A stretch of 64,000 bases of DNA, from assembly GCF_009914755.1 (NCBI RefSeq), contig NC_060930.1, one strand, 5' to 3'. Below the pieces are notes generated by a model that saw nothing but the letters and a program-made list of their open reading frames with translations, did no database searches and was not told the origin of the DNA. Shown here one piece after another: positions 1 to 19,849 of the stretch (the first letter of the stretch is position 1; every line of letters starts with the position of its first letter). The position numbers and the translations under genes were made by a program. The DNA is from the human T2T-CHM13v2.0 reference genome, Homo sapiens.

Positions 1-4699
<4,699 letters not shown>

Positions 4700-5569
4700 T
4701 CATTCAAGCTCCAATGAACAAAAAACAACAGAACGGTGTACATTATTGTCTGCCACCAAATTCTGAAGCATTAACCTTAGCCATAAATACATACTACAAG
4801 TCATAAGCTCATTCAGAATAAGGAATGTGGCTGGATTCACAAAAGTCTAGCTATAAAATTGGAAAAATAGTCCAAAGTATAGGCCCTCACAGGGCCGGAT
4901 GTTTTAAATGAGAGCTCTTGAAATTCTTTTGCTCTCCTGAAACCTTGTTCTACAGGGCTTTGGTAGAGAAATAAATCAAGAGAAAAGGTATTTCAGTTCA
5001 ACAATGGGGCTCATTCATTTTTGCTACTCACAAGTTAGAACACTGTTGATTTAAATGGAAAACAGGAAAATTACTTTTTAAAAAGAAACATGATTTAACT
5101 CTTTAACCATTTCATTTTTTGCCTACCTTCTCTGAGGTTCTTTTGTCTATAAAGTGGCATTATTCACTCTGAAGCCAAAAGAAATTTCAATTCCCAAACC
5201 TCTCTGCATTCAAATGTTAAAATTACTTTTTATAAACCTGCTTCTTGGTGGGGACTGATTCATTTATTGAGTGAAGATTAGTTTAAAATAAATTGTCTTA
5301 TGCTTTTCCTAGAGCAAAGTCATACTTTTATTACTTTCTTTGAAAAATCATCAACTAAACTATATTAACTACATGTCATAGAAAATGCTGTGCAAGCTCC
5401 CTAATAATGGCAGCTAAAGTGCTTTTATACTTTACAAAAACTCTAAGGGCTGGACATGTCACGACAACAAATGCAAGGAGTGGTCAGGCACTGAGGCTGC
5501 AGGGCGCATGGGCTGCTGTTGTCCTGAATGACTTCCTTCTGTCTCAGTCTGCCACATGATTAACAGTTA

Positions 5570-5775
5570 GAACACAGGCTTGGGAGTTAAGCTGACATGG
5601 ATCCAAATCTTTAAATGGCATTAGGAAAGCTAGTTGGCCTCACCAGCCTCAGTTTCCTGGGGATAATAATCCGTGCTCCTCGGAAGCTGTTGAGAAGACT
5701 GAATGAGAGGCCTACATTTGTAGCTCAGAACCTGACACACAGGAAATGTTACATAAACAGTATTAACTATTATTC
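5570..5775 (+). mobile_element. MIR
   Basis: Core-like gcctcagtttcct and tail-like ttaactattatt. Confidence 0.6.
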
Positions 5776-6668
5776 CAAATAACCCCAGTGTTCAAGTGAC
5801 AAAAGTAAACCGAACATTTTAAAATTAGTATAAATACTCATTTTATCACTAGTATTTTGTCTTTTATATCAGATTTCCTATTTTGGGTCTTGTTTTTATA
5901 CTGTCTTTTGATGTCCCAATTCTTTTTCGTTTTTCTGCATTCCCACTCTGACACACAGATTTCCTACAAACTCCCTGTCTTCTCTCTGAGGCCCTCCTCA
6001 GAGAGGTTTGCTTTTAGCACTCAGATGACTTTGCTAAGCTTTGGACAGCTCCTTTGCTTAAAGCTTCTCGAATGTTTATCTCCCCTTTTCCACTCTACGC
6101 CCAAAGAATGTCCAGCCCTGTCAGGCAAGAACAAAAGAGTCAGTATCATCTCTGCTACCTAAAAATAAGAGCTGCATTAGTCAGAGATGGTGAAATGACC
6201 AATCTACATGTCTGCTAAATACCAGATTTCCTTTTATGGTTATGTGTTAGCATGTAATGCAAATTTAATTCCTAATGCAGGAAAAAGCCAATTTTCTTTA
6301 ATGACACAAAAGCCTTAAAATAAAAATATGGTAGGTACTGAATACTTTATCAATCTAAAACAATCAAACTTTTAGCAAAAAAAGGAAAAAGCACAGACAG
6401 GTTAGTGAAAGTCTGGGCAAATCCCAGGTAAGCTGATATTTCCTTATAGAAATCAGCATGTCACCACCATGCACCTTTTCTCCCTAAACTCCTCATAAAT
6501 GCTGTGACATGAGAAAAGACCGCTCTAGGCCCGTTTTAAGGATGCCTATATTGAAGGAGGTTGTTAAGTTACTAACAAAAAAGATTTCAGACTTACGGTT
6601 CTTTTTGCCTAACAATCACTTCTTAAGAATTCTATTAAAAATCTCTGATATAATTAACTTTAAATGTA

Positions 6669-6902
6669 GGTCGGGTGCAGTGGCCCATGCCTGTAATCCC
6701 AGCACTTTGGGAAGCTGAGGCAGACGGATCACCTGAGGTCAGGGGTTCATGACCAGCCTGGCCAACATGGCGAAACCCTGTTTCTACTAAAAATACAAAA
6801 TTAGCTGGGTGTGGTGGCAGGCACCTATAATCCTAGCTACTTGAGAGGCTGAGGCAGGAGAATCACTTGAACCCAGGAGGCGGAAGGTGCAGAAAAAAAA
6901 AA
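6669..6902 (+). mobile_element. AluS lacking the last ~55 bp of the right arm
   Basis: Alu body ends at ggtgcag and runs directly into an A tract; AAATGTA on both flanks. Confidence 0.9.
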
Positions 6903-7580
6903 TGTATTCAGAACAGGGACTAATGGTCAGCTCCTTTTTTGCTGCTATTATCCTATAAAGCAGGGAATAAAGTACCTGACTTTCTACTGGAAAATTAAAG
7001 AACCAAAGAGAAAAGAAAATGAAAAAAAGAAAGAAAACAGAAGAGAGAGGAAGTCTGAGCATGGATCTGTGCGCTGGGCCACAGCCCGTCAGACACTCCC
7101 TCAAACTGATGATATCCACATCTTACCATCCAGCAGATGGGGAGCACTTGAAGGGCAGGGGCTACCACGTGTCATTACAAGTGCCCAACACAGTGCCTGG
7201 CACAGGGTAGGACATTAATGCATGTCTAATTCATAACTAAATATATGATTTAGGTACTCCTACATTTTAAACTGAACCTTACATACAGTTGTTTATAATG
7301 TAGACAACAAAAGTAACCAAAGTTAAATTTTAAAGAAGTTATTAGTATCTTCTGCTTTTCTAATAAAATTATTTAGAAATGTATCCCTGAGTTAAATGTA
7401 TTTATATTTTTAAGGCAGAAACTTAAGTTTTCATGTAAATTTTTAAAGTCCACAGACTTGAGAGAAAAGAGACAGCTCTGAGCTCTGATACCCATACTGC
7501 AGAAAATATTCAAAAATTTATTCTGAATTTTGTCTATGTAACTAAAGTATATAAGGCAACTTTTTATATATTAAAAATAA

Positions 7581-7731
7581 GGCCAGACACAGTGGCTCAC
7601 ACCTGTAATCCCAGCACTTTGGGAGGCTGAGGCAGGAGGACTGCTTGAGCCCACGTGTTCGAAACCAGCCTGGGCAATATAGTGAGACTCCATCTCTATT
7701 TTATATTTAAATAAAGTAAATAAATAAAATA
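7581..7731 (+). mobile_element. FLAM_C / AluJ left monomer
   Basis: Single monomer with ggaggactgcttgagccc followed by an A-rich tail. Confidence 0.85.
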
Positions 7732-8338
7732 GGGTTATAGCAAACTTAGGAAACAAAGTATATACATACTTCAAAATAAATAATATTGATTAGGAAGGTA
7801 TAGAAAATATAAGAAAATCCAGACAAATTATTTTCTTGTAAGGTTCAGGATAATTAATTTCAACAAATCTGTGGGCATGAACCACATCAAGGATCATAGG
7901 AGTCAAGACTCAGCTGTCTTTTCTACTCCAGAACTAAAAAACGTCATGCTAGCCTGGTGTCTTTAATGTTACCTTGATACTTCTTCACTTTTGATGTTAA
8001 GCAACAGAATAAGAGAATCAAAAATCTTCTGCTCACACAATATAAAGGAATGAAAAAAAGAACCCATCATTCTCAGTGCTTAATAAAGGACAAAAATTTA
8101 ATGAAAAAATATTTAGGAAGCCACAGGGATAAAGATTCAAAATGCTCAGAAGGCAGTAACCGTTACAGAGGGAGGGGGGCTTATCAAGCAAGGCCACCTG
8201 AGCACAAGGATCCCTAAAGGGACACGTCATTCGAGACAAGCTGGTACACACCTGCTGTGAGTCCAATAGGGACTGCTCTAGGTGCTGGCAACTCCATGGG
8301 GAACAAGACAGGCAACATCTCTAATCTCATGCAGCTCA

Positions 8339-8931
<593 letters not shown>

Positions 8932-10079
8932 CTAATTCCATTTCTATACAGTGATGCATGAGGTGAGTCATGGAAATTACCTGTTCAGAAAAGGTAAGAA
9001 GGAGCAATTGCCAGCCTCAACTGCAGTTACTGGGTAAAGGATGTGATCCACAGCTTGCAACAAATGTGTTCATATTCTTAAGTGAAAATACTGCAAATGT
9101 AAATGGCAGAAATGAGGTTGTCCAAAGAGAGGCAGAGAACAACAGAGACAGCACTCCCATAAGGCAGCAAAAGAACAGAAGTCCACACTTATTTGACAAA
9201 ATGAATCCAGTTTTAATTCATACAGATCGCATTTAACTTTCAAGTTGCTAAGATATTTTCTATCCTGCTAATTTAGTTTTTTCTCCCTATGTGCTTTTTA
9301 AAAAGATATTAAATTGCCATTGGCCTTTTTCAGGGGGCTTTTTGTGCTCTCATTTCAAAATGCACGTGGGCAGGTTTTCTTGGGAGACACAGATGATGGC
9401 AACGTGACATGAGCCACCCAAGTGAAATTCTTTAGTCCTCAAAAAAGACAACTGAGTGGTATCCTAAATATATAAATAATTAATTTATACAAAAATGCTG
9501 ATAATTCCCCCTGGCTTTAAGGGAAAACAGCTTAAAATCCTAGCAGAAAGGCTTTAAGATATCAAAAGAGGTATAGATTTTAGTAATATGAAATTGGAGG
9601 TTTCACAACATGGATTGAGTTTTCAGGCACCAGTTGTTCAGGTCTAAGTCATCTAACATTCAAGTTAACTAGTGCATTTAGCATTTAAGTTAAATGTTAA
9701 TTATTCTATTTTTAGTGTAAAGAGGATAACAAAATTGGGGAAGCAGGTAAAAAAAAAAAAAAAAAAAAAAAAGCAAAAAAGATCCTAGGAGTTAGTCATG
9801 GTCATCAACCGGGCATACAGACCCCTGAATTTTCAATTACCAACCTGCACAATTAGACATGTTCCCTCACAGTCTTCTCTTTTGTGATTATGAATCTGGC
9901 TTTGCAGAAAACAAGTTAATTTGAAAATCTGTATTTAGAGCAGCTTTGAATCTGCAGATAGACTTTTTTTTGTTTTGTTTTTTTGGTGTCCTCAATCTAG
10001 TTTTCTAAGCTACCTAAAACTAAAGTACGGTGATTCTAAATATTCCTCTTTCAGTCAAGAAACAAAGAAAAAAAGAAGG

Positions 10080-10310
10080 AATACTTGAGAACTCACTGCA
10101 TGCCAGAAACCCTGCTAAGTCCTTTTCTTTGCATTTTCATTATTCCTCACAATTCCCTATGAAGTAGATATTATTTCCTTATTTGCAGACATGGAAATAT
10201 TAAGGGAGAGAAAAAAAAAACTTTAACAGGGTAACCAGTTATTTAGTGGCGGAGCTGAGAGTAAAATTCAAATCTGATTTGAAAGGCTGTGGTTATTATC
10301 CCAATATATC
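10080..10310 (-). mobile_element. MIR
   Basis: cctcacaattccctatgaagtag...tttgcagacatggaaa resembles the reverse MIR core. Confidence 0.6.
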
Positions 10311-10922
10311 CAACTGTAACTAACAGGAACCATTTTTTTTCTTAATTTAATGATCCCTATCTGAATCTGCTGTGTCTCCCCTTTTATAGACTAAATTTAC
10401 TTAATCTTTTCAATAGTAAAACAATCACACAAAATACTTGTTTCTCTAAATAGTCATGATCATTGATTCAAAATGAAACCAGTGATCAATTAAAAAGCAA
10501 ACAAACAAGAGTTCTCTAACCCTGTCCCGCACCATTGATTTTTGAACCTAAGAATGAAAACTGATATCCACTTGGTGAATAACTGCAATTGTTGAGAACT
10601 TTCAGAATCCCAGGGCCACCATTCAAAAGAATTACTCTGAAGTTTATGTTATCCACAAACATAATGCTAGCAAAGCAATAATCAGAAAAAAGATAACGGG
10701 CTCAGTGCTACACCTGGAACCCAGAAGCTACCACTGGAGAATGCTGATCCAATTCATCAGTATGCCGCTCAACAGCTTCAAATCCACCTATCCTATGTTA
10801 TTCTCTTCATATTCTGCTTTCTGGTCCACAGGATATGACATACTTTGCCAAACGCATCAGTAAAGCCCTAACACTGACAGATCAGGTTAGTACCACTGGA
10901 CTTGTTTGTTCCATGAGCTCAC

Positions 10923-11133
10923 TGTGATGGTCTTTTTGCTATCAACTTGGCTAGGCTAGTATGCCTCGTTAATCAATCAAACACAAATATAGGTGTTGCT
11001 GTGAAAGTATTTTGTAGATGGGATTAAGGCCCATAATCCATTGACTTTAATGAAGAGAGATTATCCTGGATAATTTGAGTGGGCCTGACTCAATCAGTTG
11101 GAAGGCCTTAAGAGCAGAGCTGAGGCTTCCCTG
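10923..11133 (+). mobile_element. MLT2-family (ERVL) LTR, 5' half
   Basis: Begins TGTGATGG; tcaacttggctaggct and caatcagttggaaggccttaagagcagagctgaggcttccc are typical of MLT2. Confidence 0.75.
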
Positions 11134-12368
11134 GAGCTCTGAATGGATCATGGCCATTAAGAGTTTCTTAGATGCTCCCCTTTATTCTTCCTCATATTCA
11201 TTCTTAGCTACACTATCTAGAATTTGGTTTTTGAGAGCCTAGTGCACCTCTGTACTGTCTTCCTTTTGGAATCCCAATCTCTTGAGTACTCTCTTTTCTA
11301 AATGCTAACGCTGCAATAATAAAATAACTGGGTTGCAGGGGAAAGATAAGGACCGAGAGGTTGGGGGAAAACAAAGAGGGTTTCCATGAGTTTTGCCAGC
11401 ACTTGAAAGTTTCACTCAAAATATTATTACGCCTTATTAAAGCAGATATAGCAATAGCAGTCTGGTATATAAATATGTGGACAGAATTTTATTCTCTATA
11501 TTTGGAACATGTGTGCAGGATAACAGCACCATAATGTCTGATGTCACTGATTCGTTCAGGCTCAATCTTAAAAGGTTTGCTCAGTTCTATGAAGACCTAT
11601 GCTTGCAACTCACGCAAACAATTCCTGGATGGTGGTTTGCCCTGACAGAGAATGCAAACACTGATGTGGCCAATGCTGGTTTCTTGACACCAAGATGGAT
11701 GTATCTCTTTTTCTTAATAGAAAAAAATACTCAGTTTTATTAAATGGATATATATTTAACTCTAGGAAAAAAGTTGCTGACTTCACCCTGGTATATGTGT
11801 GTGAATGGTGCTCTGTAGTATCTAATGTTAGGATGCAGATCTTGCTCAGAGAAGTTTAAAAATGGCGCGATGCTCAATCAGACAAATATTTTCGTATCAC
11901 AATGTAACACAGATTAGAAACTAATAATGAGGTAAATACATTATTACAGAAATGCACTTAGTATTTTGAAAATCTAGGTCAACCCTCTCTAAAATATTAT
12001 TTATTTTGCATTAACTAGAAGATAATGTAATTAGCTTAGTGTCTGTCCTTATCGGGGTGCCAGTATGTCTGATAGGATTTCTGGGTCTGGGAATTTTCAG
12101 CATAGTAAATTGTGCAGCTGAAAAGTTTTTGTGCTTGATGATAGTGCTGGTATGATAGAGATGGTGGAAGAGAACAACATTTAAAATAAGCCATCTCCAG
12201 AATTTGTAACTGGCTGGTTCTATGCTTATCATGATATGTAAGGCTTTGGCAAGCAAACACAGGCTGTTCTTTTCCTAAGTACTGAGGGCCACTCTACTGA
12301 TTACGTTAATCTAGCCAATTCCCATTGGTCTAATAACCCTTGCCTGTGACAGTTTGCAACATTACGCC

Positions 12369-12501
12369 TTTTTTGTTTATTTTAAAGACAGGGTCTGGCT
12401 ATGTTGCCCAGGCTGGTCTCCAACTCCTGGCCCCAAGCTGTCTTCCTGCCTCAGCCTCCTGAGCCCCTAGGATTGCAGGTATGATGCCACTATGCCCGGC
12501 T
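12369..12501 (-). mobile_element. FLAM monomer
   Basis: T tract followed by gacagggtctggctatgttgcccaggctggtctc...cccggc. Confidence 0.85.
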
Positions 12502-12774
12502 GCACCATTAAATCTAAATAGTTACAGACCAAAAGGATCAGCTTCTCCTTCACGCTCTTCATGTGCAATACTCACGGGATATTTTCACACTATGTGCAGA
12601 AAGTATGGCTAATCTCAATCTACAGAGAAAATGCTAAAGCCAACAGTTTCATTCCATTTTCCCTCATTTTATGGAATAGTACTAAAAGAAAAAAAATCAG
12701 ATGAACTGACATGATGTGGTAGAATGGAAGAGGGTCTTGGGAAATCAATTAATAGACCACAATAATACTTTTTA

Positions 12775-12927
<153 letters not shown>

Positions 12928-13329
12928 CTAAAAAAGAAAAAAAAATAGTGCAGGGGACTAATTAGAATTTATTTTTGTGAGAACATTATTGAATATTAAG
13001 TTAAAAAATTAAGGTTAATTTTCAAAGGCAGTGTCTCTGCCCCAAACTCATGATCTGATAAGAAAGTTATCTGAATAAAAAGATGAACATCAATTTTATC
13101 TTATTTCACCCATAATCACAGTTTAACAAAACACAGTGAATTATTTTAGTTGAAAATATCAGTAGAGGTAACTGAATGTCATAACTTCAATGTAATTTTT
13201 ATTTTAATTTCTAGTCTATTCTTTAAACTGAAAATATGTGAAATCCATCATTTTGAATATAATATCCTTGACTTTAAAGTTTCCTCATGGGTTGCATAAT
13301 TTAAAGTTTGTTGTTCTCAATAAAAATTA

Positions 13330-13707
<378 letters not shown>

Positions 13708-13889
13708 CTACTGAACAACTGCTTATGCATATTTTTAGTCCCTTCTACTGCAAGATCTCAGAAATGAATGGCTTAGGCTCAGAGACTTTCCTTGTTAGTA
13801 TAAACAGCAGAATGTTAGGTAGCAAAAAGAATCCTAATAAAAAAATCTAATACAAACAATGTATTATTGTTTTGAGTTGACAAAAAATG

Positions 13890-14288
13890 TGGTATCAAAC
13901 TATACATATTCTTTTGCAACTAATTTTTTTCATTCAATGTTTTATAATTAGTCCATGTTGATATGTGTAAATCTAGTTCATTCATTTTAACTGCTGTATA
14001 GTATTACAATCCAGAAATATACCACCATTAGTTGATCCATCATCCTACCCATAAACATCTATATTATTTGTTTTCTTACTATTACATACTTCTTTAGAAA
14101 ATTTCTTGAACATGTTTGTGACCTAAAATGCTTCCCAGTGTATATAACTAGAAGTAAAATTGCTCAGTGGTAGGACATGCACATATTCAACTTTATGAGA
14201 TGTTGCCAAATTATTCTCCAAAGTGGTTGTACCAACTTACACTCTTACTTAGCAATACCGTATGAGAGTTCCTGTTCTTCCATACCCT
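13890..14288 (-). mobile_element. Old L1M (L1ME-like) 3' fragment
   Basis: ttcattcattttaactgctgtatagtat and tgccaaattattctccaaagtggttgtacc match reverse L1M 3' sequence. Confidence 0.7.
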
Positions 14289-14291
14289 TAT

Positions 14292-14710
14292 TATGAGGGT
14301 TAATTTTATATGTCAATCTGGCTAGGCCATAGTGCCCAGATATTTGGATGTTAGTTTAGATGTTTGTGAAGTTTTTTTTTTTTTTTAAGATAAGATTACA
14401 TTTAAATGAGCAGACTTAGAGTAAAGCGGACCACCCTCCATAATGTGGGTGGGACTCATCCAATCAGTTGATGGCCTTAACAGAACACTGACCTCTGCTG
14501 AACAGGAGGGATTCAGCCAGCCAACTGCCTTTGGACTCAACTAGAACTCTTCCTTGAGTCTCCAGCCTGTGGGCCTACCCTGCAGGGTTAGGACTTGCCA
14601 AGGCTCCACAATCACATGAGCCAATTCCTTAAACAAATCCTCTCTATGTATATATATACATACATACACACATCCTATTAGCTCTTTTCTCTAGTAAACC
14701 CTGACTAATA
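14292..14710 (+). mobile_element. MLT2B-like solo LTR (ERVL)
   Basis: ggttaattttatatgtcaa start; ccctccataatgtgggtggg; atgagccaattcctta; (TA/CA)n; ends accctgactaata. Confidence 0.85.
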
Positions 14711-14908
14711 GCTGTTATTCTTTCATTTGCTCCTTCAATAAACACTTGCTAAGCAGTTATTTTGTGCAAGACATTTTTCTAGGTATTAAAGGTACATCAG
14801 TAAACAAATCAAGAAAAAATGTTACATCTATTCAGAGAGAGGAATACATAAATATGGAATTATGTAGTATATTATGATAAATGCCATGGAAAACATGAAC
14901 AGGTCTGA

Positions 14909-15217
<309 letters not shown>

Positions 15218-15269
15218 AAGGCTGTAGTTTTAAATATGGCAATCAAGGTAAACCCCATTAAGAAGGCAT

Positions 15270-16680
15270 CTTTCCACTGTTTTCTGACTTGCACTGTTTC
15301 CACTGGGAATTTGGTGTCATTTCTTATCTTTGTTTCCCTATATGCAATATGTGTTTTCTCCTCTGGCTGCTTTTAGTATTTTGTTATCTTTGGCTTTCTG
15401 AACGTTGATTATTCTGTAACAGGCTTTGATGTAGTACCCTGCTTGAGATTAATTGAGCTTCCTGAATCTGTTGATTTCTGTATTTTATCAAATTTGTAAC
15501 ATTTTTGGCCACTTGTGTCTCATGTATATATTTTTTGTCCTCTCACCCCTATTCTAGAACTTCAAATACATACTGTTACATAACTTGGTACTGCTCCACA
15601 GGTCAATGAAATGTGTCCATTTTTGTCTTAGTTTCTCTTTGTGGTTTAGTTTTGATTGTCCTGTCTTCAACTTTTGCATTTTCTTTTATAGCATCTAAAC
15701 TGCTATAAACAGATAATTTTTCATCTCAGAGTTTTATTTTTTATCTCTAGAAGAGTATGTGGTTCATTTTTATATTTTCTATTTCTTTGTTCATTATATT
15801 AACACTTAGTAAAGATCTCTAAAAAGTATTTTTTTATGATAGCTTTTTATAAGTCCTTATATGTTAATTCTACTCTCTGTTATTTCTGGATCTGTTTCTA
15901 TTGACTATTTTTCCTCTTGGCTATCAGTCACATTTTTTTTGCTTCTTTTTTAATAACTATTTATTTTTTAACTGGATTCTGGGCTTTTGAATGTTGTCTG
16001 GATTTCTTTTATTTTCTGGTCTGCCTGCAAAACATTTTGCGGCAGTTAATTCATTGGCGGATCAGCTTGATCCATTCAAGACTTGTTTTCAAAGGTTTGT
16101 TGGGTAAGGTATACAGCCCCACTGCTAAGGCATAGCTTCTCTGAGGTCTAAGTGAATACCCTGGGTGTTCACAAAGTCTTTCCCCTCTGACTTGTCAGAA
16201 TGTGAACGTCTCCCAGCTGTTTTAAACCTTTGGGAGTTGTCAGCTTACAGCCCCCTAGTAGTTCTTAGCTTGAATCATAAAGTCTCAGTCAGCGTACACA
16301 CTGCTTAACAGTTAGCCGAAAACATGAGGGGATTCCAAGGCAGATACCTGAAACTCTTAGTGGGCAGTTCCCTCCTTTTGTTATTCTGCCCTGCAAATTC
16401 CAGTGGCTTCAGTCTCCCTGATTTCCAATCTTTGGATCATTAGCTCAGTGAGACTACGATACTCTGAGCTCCTCCTCCTTGTGCCAGAGGCCAAAAAATA
16501 ACTCCAGGCAGAAAGCTGGGGCAACTGTAGGATTTACCTCTTTCCTGGATCAGTCTGGGGCAGCCTATTGATCAATATCTGAAAACAGCTGCTTTGTCTA
16601 TTTTGCATAGTTTCCTAGCTGTGTACAGCAGGAGGACTAGTCCAGTACCAGTTATATCATCATGTCCAGAAGCAAAAATC
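15270..16680 (-). mobile_element. Old L1M 5'/ORF1-region fragment
   Basis: Long T-rich tract with reverse L1M 5'-region character (ctctggctgctttt, gtccttatatgttaattct). Confidence 0.55.
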
Positions 16681-18974
16681 TATCATTATGTCTTAAACAA
16701 GTCTCTTGCAAATGAACACAATTTGAACACATCTAGTCTTTAAAATCCAATCTAAAAATCTGTATTCCATATCCACTAATTTTTATTGCTGAGGTACTGG
16801 CTTCCACATTTTAAATTTTGAACCTTTTATTTATCTTGCTTTCCCCGGTGTCTTTCCTCTTTGTATTATATTTTTCCTTCTTTGATTTGGGAATTATACA
16901 TTCTATTATCCTTAAGCTTTTAATATACATGGCTAACAAAACTGTTCAGAATTTTGGTTCCATCTTATTTTTAAACCATCCTATATTAAGATTATCCACA
17001 ACTTCACAATTATAATCTTATTAATATAATTGAAAGCAACATCATTAATACTACTTCATACTTTTGTTCTCTTGTCCTTTAAATAAACACAGACTCTTTA
17101 CAGCTTACATCAATCATAAATGATGGCTAATTCAGTTGTAGTGATTCAGTCATCAGAAAGATAGGGCAGTAACATTCACTGCAAGAACCACACCAAACCT
17201 TTGATGACAGCTGTCTCAAGCACATCTAATGAGTTTTTCTCAGCATTTCCAGCTGTGCTAAATAGCTGTAGCAGTTTATACTTAATCTGAAGCAGGCAGT
17301 CCCAAGGTACATTGCTGTTATAACGCCAATTAAGTCAGTCCTCTTCATTATAATTCTCTTCATCACAATCTGGAGTTGCTCCATAGCCACTAAAATTTGC
17401 TAAACTGAAAACAACGTTGCATTTTCAAATGCTCAAAGTCACAAGCCTCAAAATCATTTGTAAGTCACTGTTGCCCCAAAATGTACAGACTAAAAATATA
17501 CCTTCTTCCACTTAAATTTAAACAACACACACTTAATGACAGCCCCACACCCAGACTATTTCAAGGCAATTTAAAAGATGAATTTTGTAAATCATTGGGA
17601 GGGGAAGACATAAATCCTGTTGATGTGGAGGGCATGTGACTGTGAACAGAATAAAGTTACTTTCCTAAAAGCCAGATTTAAAAAAAGAAAAGTAGAAAAG
17701 CAGGCAAGCCAAGAGCCCATTAGGCCTTCGTGGAACAGTTTGAATTCCGGTTCAACAATACTGTTTTTTTTTTTTTTTCTCTAAGTGATAATGATATCCC
17801 AGCTAGAATAATTGTGCTCTCCAGAAGCAATTAATCTGATTTGCAAGCACTGATTTTTTCTTTTGCAAAAACTAATAATATTAGCCTGACCAATTATGAA
17901 ATAATTCCTAAATTTACAAATTCCTAAATTTGTGCTTTCATGGCTTCCTTCTATTTTAAATCTATATTATTTTAAACAAATTTTCCTTAAGTAAAAATGA
18001 CTTAACTTCATAAAAATCTACCATTTATGTAAATAAAACATTAACAAAAACAAAATTAAAAGAATTACTATAAATGAAACATTTACATTGCTGATATTAA
18101 ATCCATTACTTGCATTCCTAATCATAACAATAAACATCAAGGTTAAAACTCTTTACCATTTTTATTACTGTCAATTTTTAATATGTAGGTTACTCTGACA
18201 GTCTACTTCTGCAAAGTCACCTGTTGAATTATATTTAGAGTACTGATTAAATATAATTAGAAAATATTAAAAGAGAAGAAAGTACTAACATCTGTATTGA
18301 TAAATATATTTGGAAAGAGGAAAAAATCTAGATGTAGAGAGAGTGTGGTATTCTACAGATGGGCTAAATAACATTTGGTCATTCACTGGTACTAAGCCTT
18401 TCATTTTCTATAAGCAGACAAAACCTGGGAGGTTATTAAAAAAACAGCCAAAAGCCACACCCCCATGCTTCTTCTCTGGTGGCTGGCAGAAAGACATGTC
18501 TCCTGAAGGTGGGAGGAGCACTCACCTCCAGGCTTCAGGGAGTAATTCACTCTTCCCCCTTGCCTTGGCTACTCTTTCTTGGCAAAGTTTCCTCGAATTT
18601 AACTTCTCTTTCCACCAGAGTGGAATCAAGGTCGTCAATGAAAGGGGGAAGTCACTCAGCTTGCTTTGGTTAAGGGTACTTGGTTATGCCATTCGTCATT
18701 GTAAAATGGATCTTCTGGGTGGTCCAGCCCAGTTCTCCAAAAGAGTCAACTACCACAGGCTCAAGGGCAAAAGCCTTTTCATAAAAGTGTATTCCTGTGC
18801 CCAGGTGGATGAGGTTGGACAAAGCTACTATCACCAGAAGTGGCTGATCTTAATAGGAAAATTTCGGTCAACTTCCTGTCCCCAGCCAAATTCTCACCTC
18901 CCATAACAAAGACACAATTTAACACGTGCCATCAACCACTGCAGTCCACTATTCAGGGCAGCCACAGCTGGGGT

Positions 18975-19270
18975 GTGTATTCCCCCAAGATTTATCAAGA
19001 GTCTACCAAGTGCTGGCTGCTGAATCAGGCTCAGGCACACACAGATCAATAGGCTAGAACCTTCAAGAACTCATGCTCAGGTGGGAGAGACAGATACACT
19101 AAAGGATACAGACACACACAGAAAAGGCCATGTTGTAGAACATTAATAGCAAGAAGTACAATGTATGATGTGAGTGCCAGAGAGGGGCATCTACAGGGTG
19201 GTGAGCTGGACGGAAAAATGAGTTCTGAGAAGGCTTTTGGGAAGTGATGACTCCTAAATGATGATTAAAG
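18975..19270 (-). mobile_element. L2 fragment
   Basis: ccttcaagaactcatgctcaggtgggagagacaga and gaaggcttttgggaagtgatgac are L2-like. Confidence 0.55.
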
Positions 19271-19424
19271 AAGTAGAATTCCCCTAGTTTCTTGAAATTG
19301 TCCATGCTTAAAACTCAAAGGCTACACTGGTTTATGTTATCTGGTACAGAGAGCTATGTTTAACATATATTCAAGTACGTACATTCATTCTCAAGTGTAT
19401 ATCTCACTGACAGACATCAGCATG

Positions 19425-19849
19425 TGTAGTGGGTGCTGTGCTGGGCTGCCCTCTAGGGCTGAAGCCCTCATCTCCCAGCTGATGGGTGTTGGGAGCAGAC
19501 AGCTCTCAGACGAGAATCTCTCCAGGTCTCATCCTCAAGTTGAAGATGGCACCTCTCCCAAGGTCATGCATTCTTTTGGGTTCATCCACATATGACAACT
19601 GGTTAATGTAGGTTTATAAAGGCCTGGACCCCTCTCCCTCCTGTTAGGACAATGCTGAAGGGCTCACCTAGCTTGAGGGTTCCTGTAGGATTGTCTGACA
19701 CCTCTGTGATGATTGCATCACAGCTGAAGTTCTCCCTCTGCTGCGATCGTTCGTCACACAGGCAGAGATTTTGAAAGCTCTCCCATCAAACTTCTAGCAC
19801 ACAAATTTCTATCTCAGAGTCTGCTTCCCAGGGAAACTGATCTGTGACA
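19425..19849 (+). mobile_element. LTR16-like solo LTR (ERVL)
   Basis: TG...CA termini; 3' end atctcagagtctgcttcccagggaaac; perfect 5-bp TSD GCATG at 19420-19424 and 19850-19854. Confidence 0.85.

Noticed and set aside
9706-9715. Perfect MEF2 consensus CTATTTTTAG
   Set aside because: A single 10-mer in AT-rich DNA is expected by chance in 64 kb.
9749-9780. Isolated poly-A tract as a retrocopy tail
   Set aside because: No recognisable upstream element or TSD; treated as a simple repeat.
18310-18906. 198-aa plus-strand ORF
   Set aside because: TTG start, no family resemblance, no supporting gene structure.
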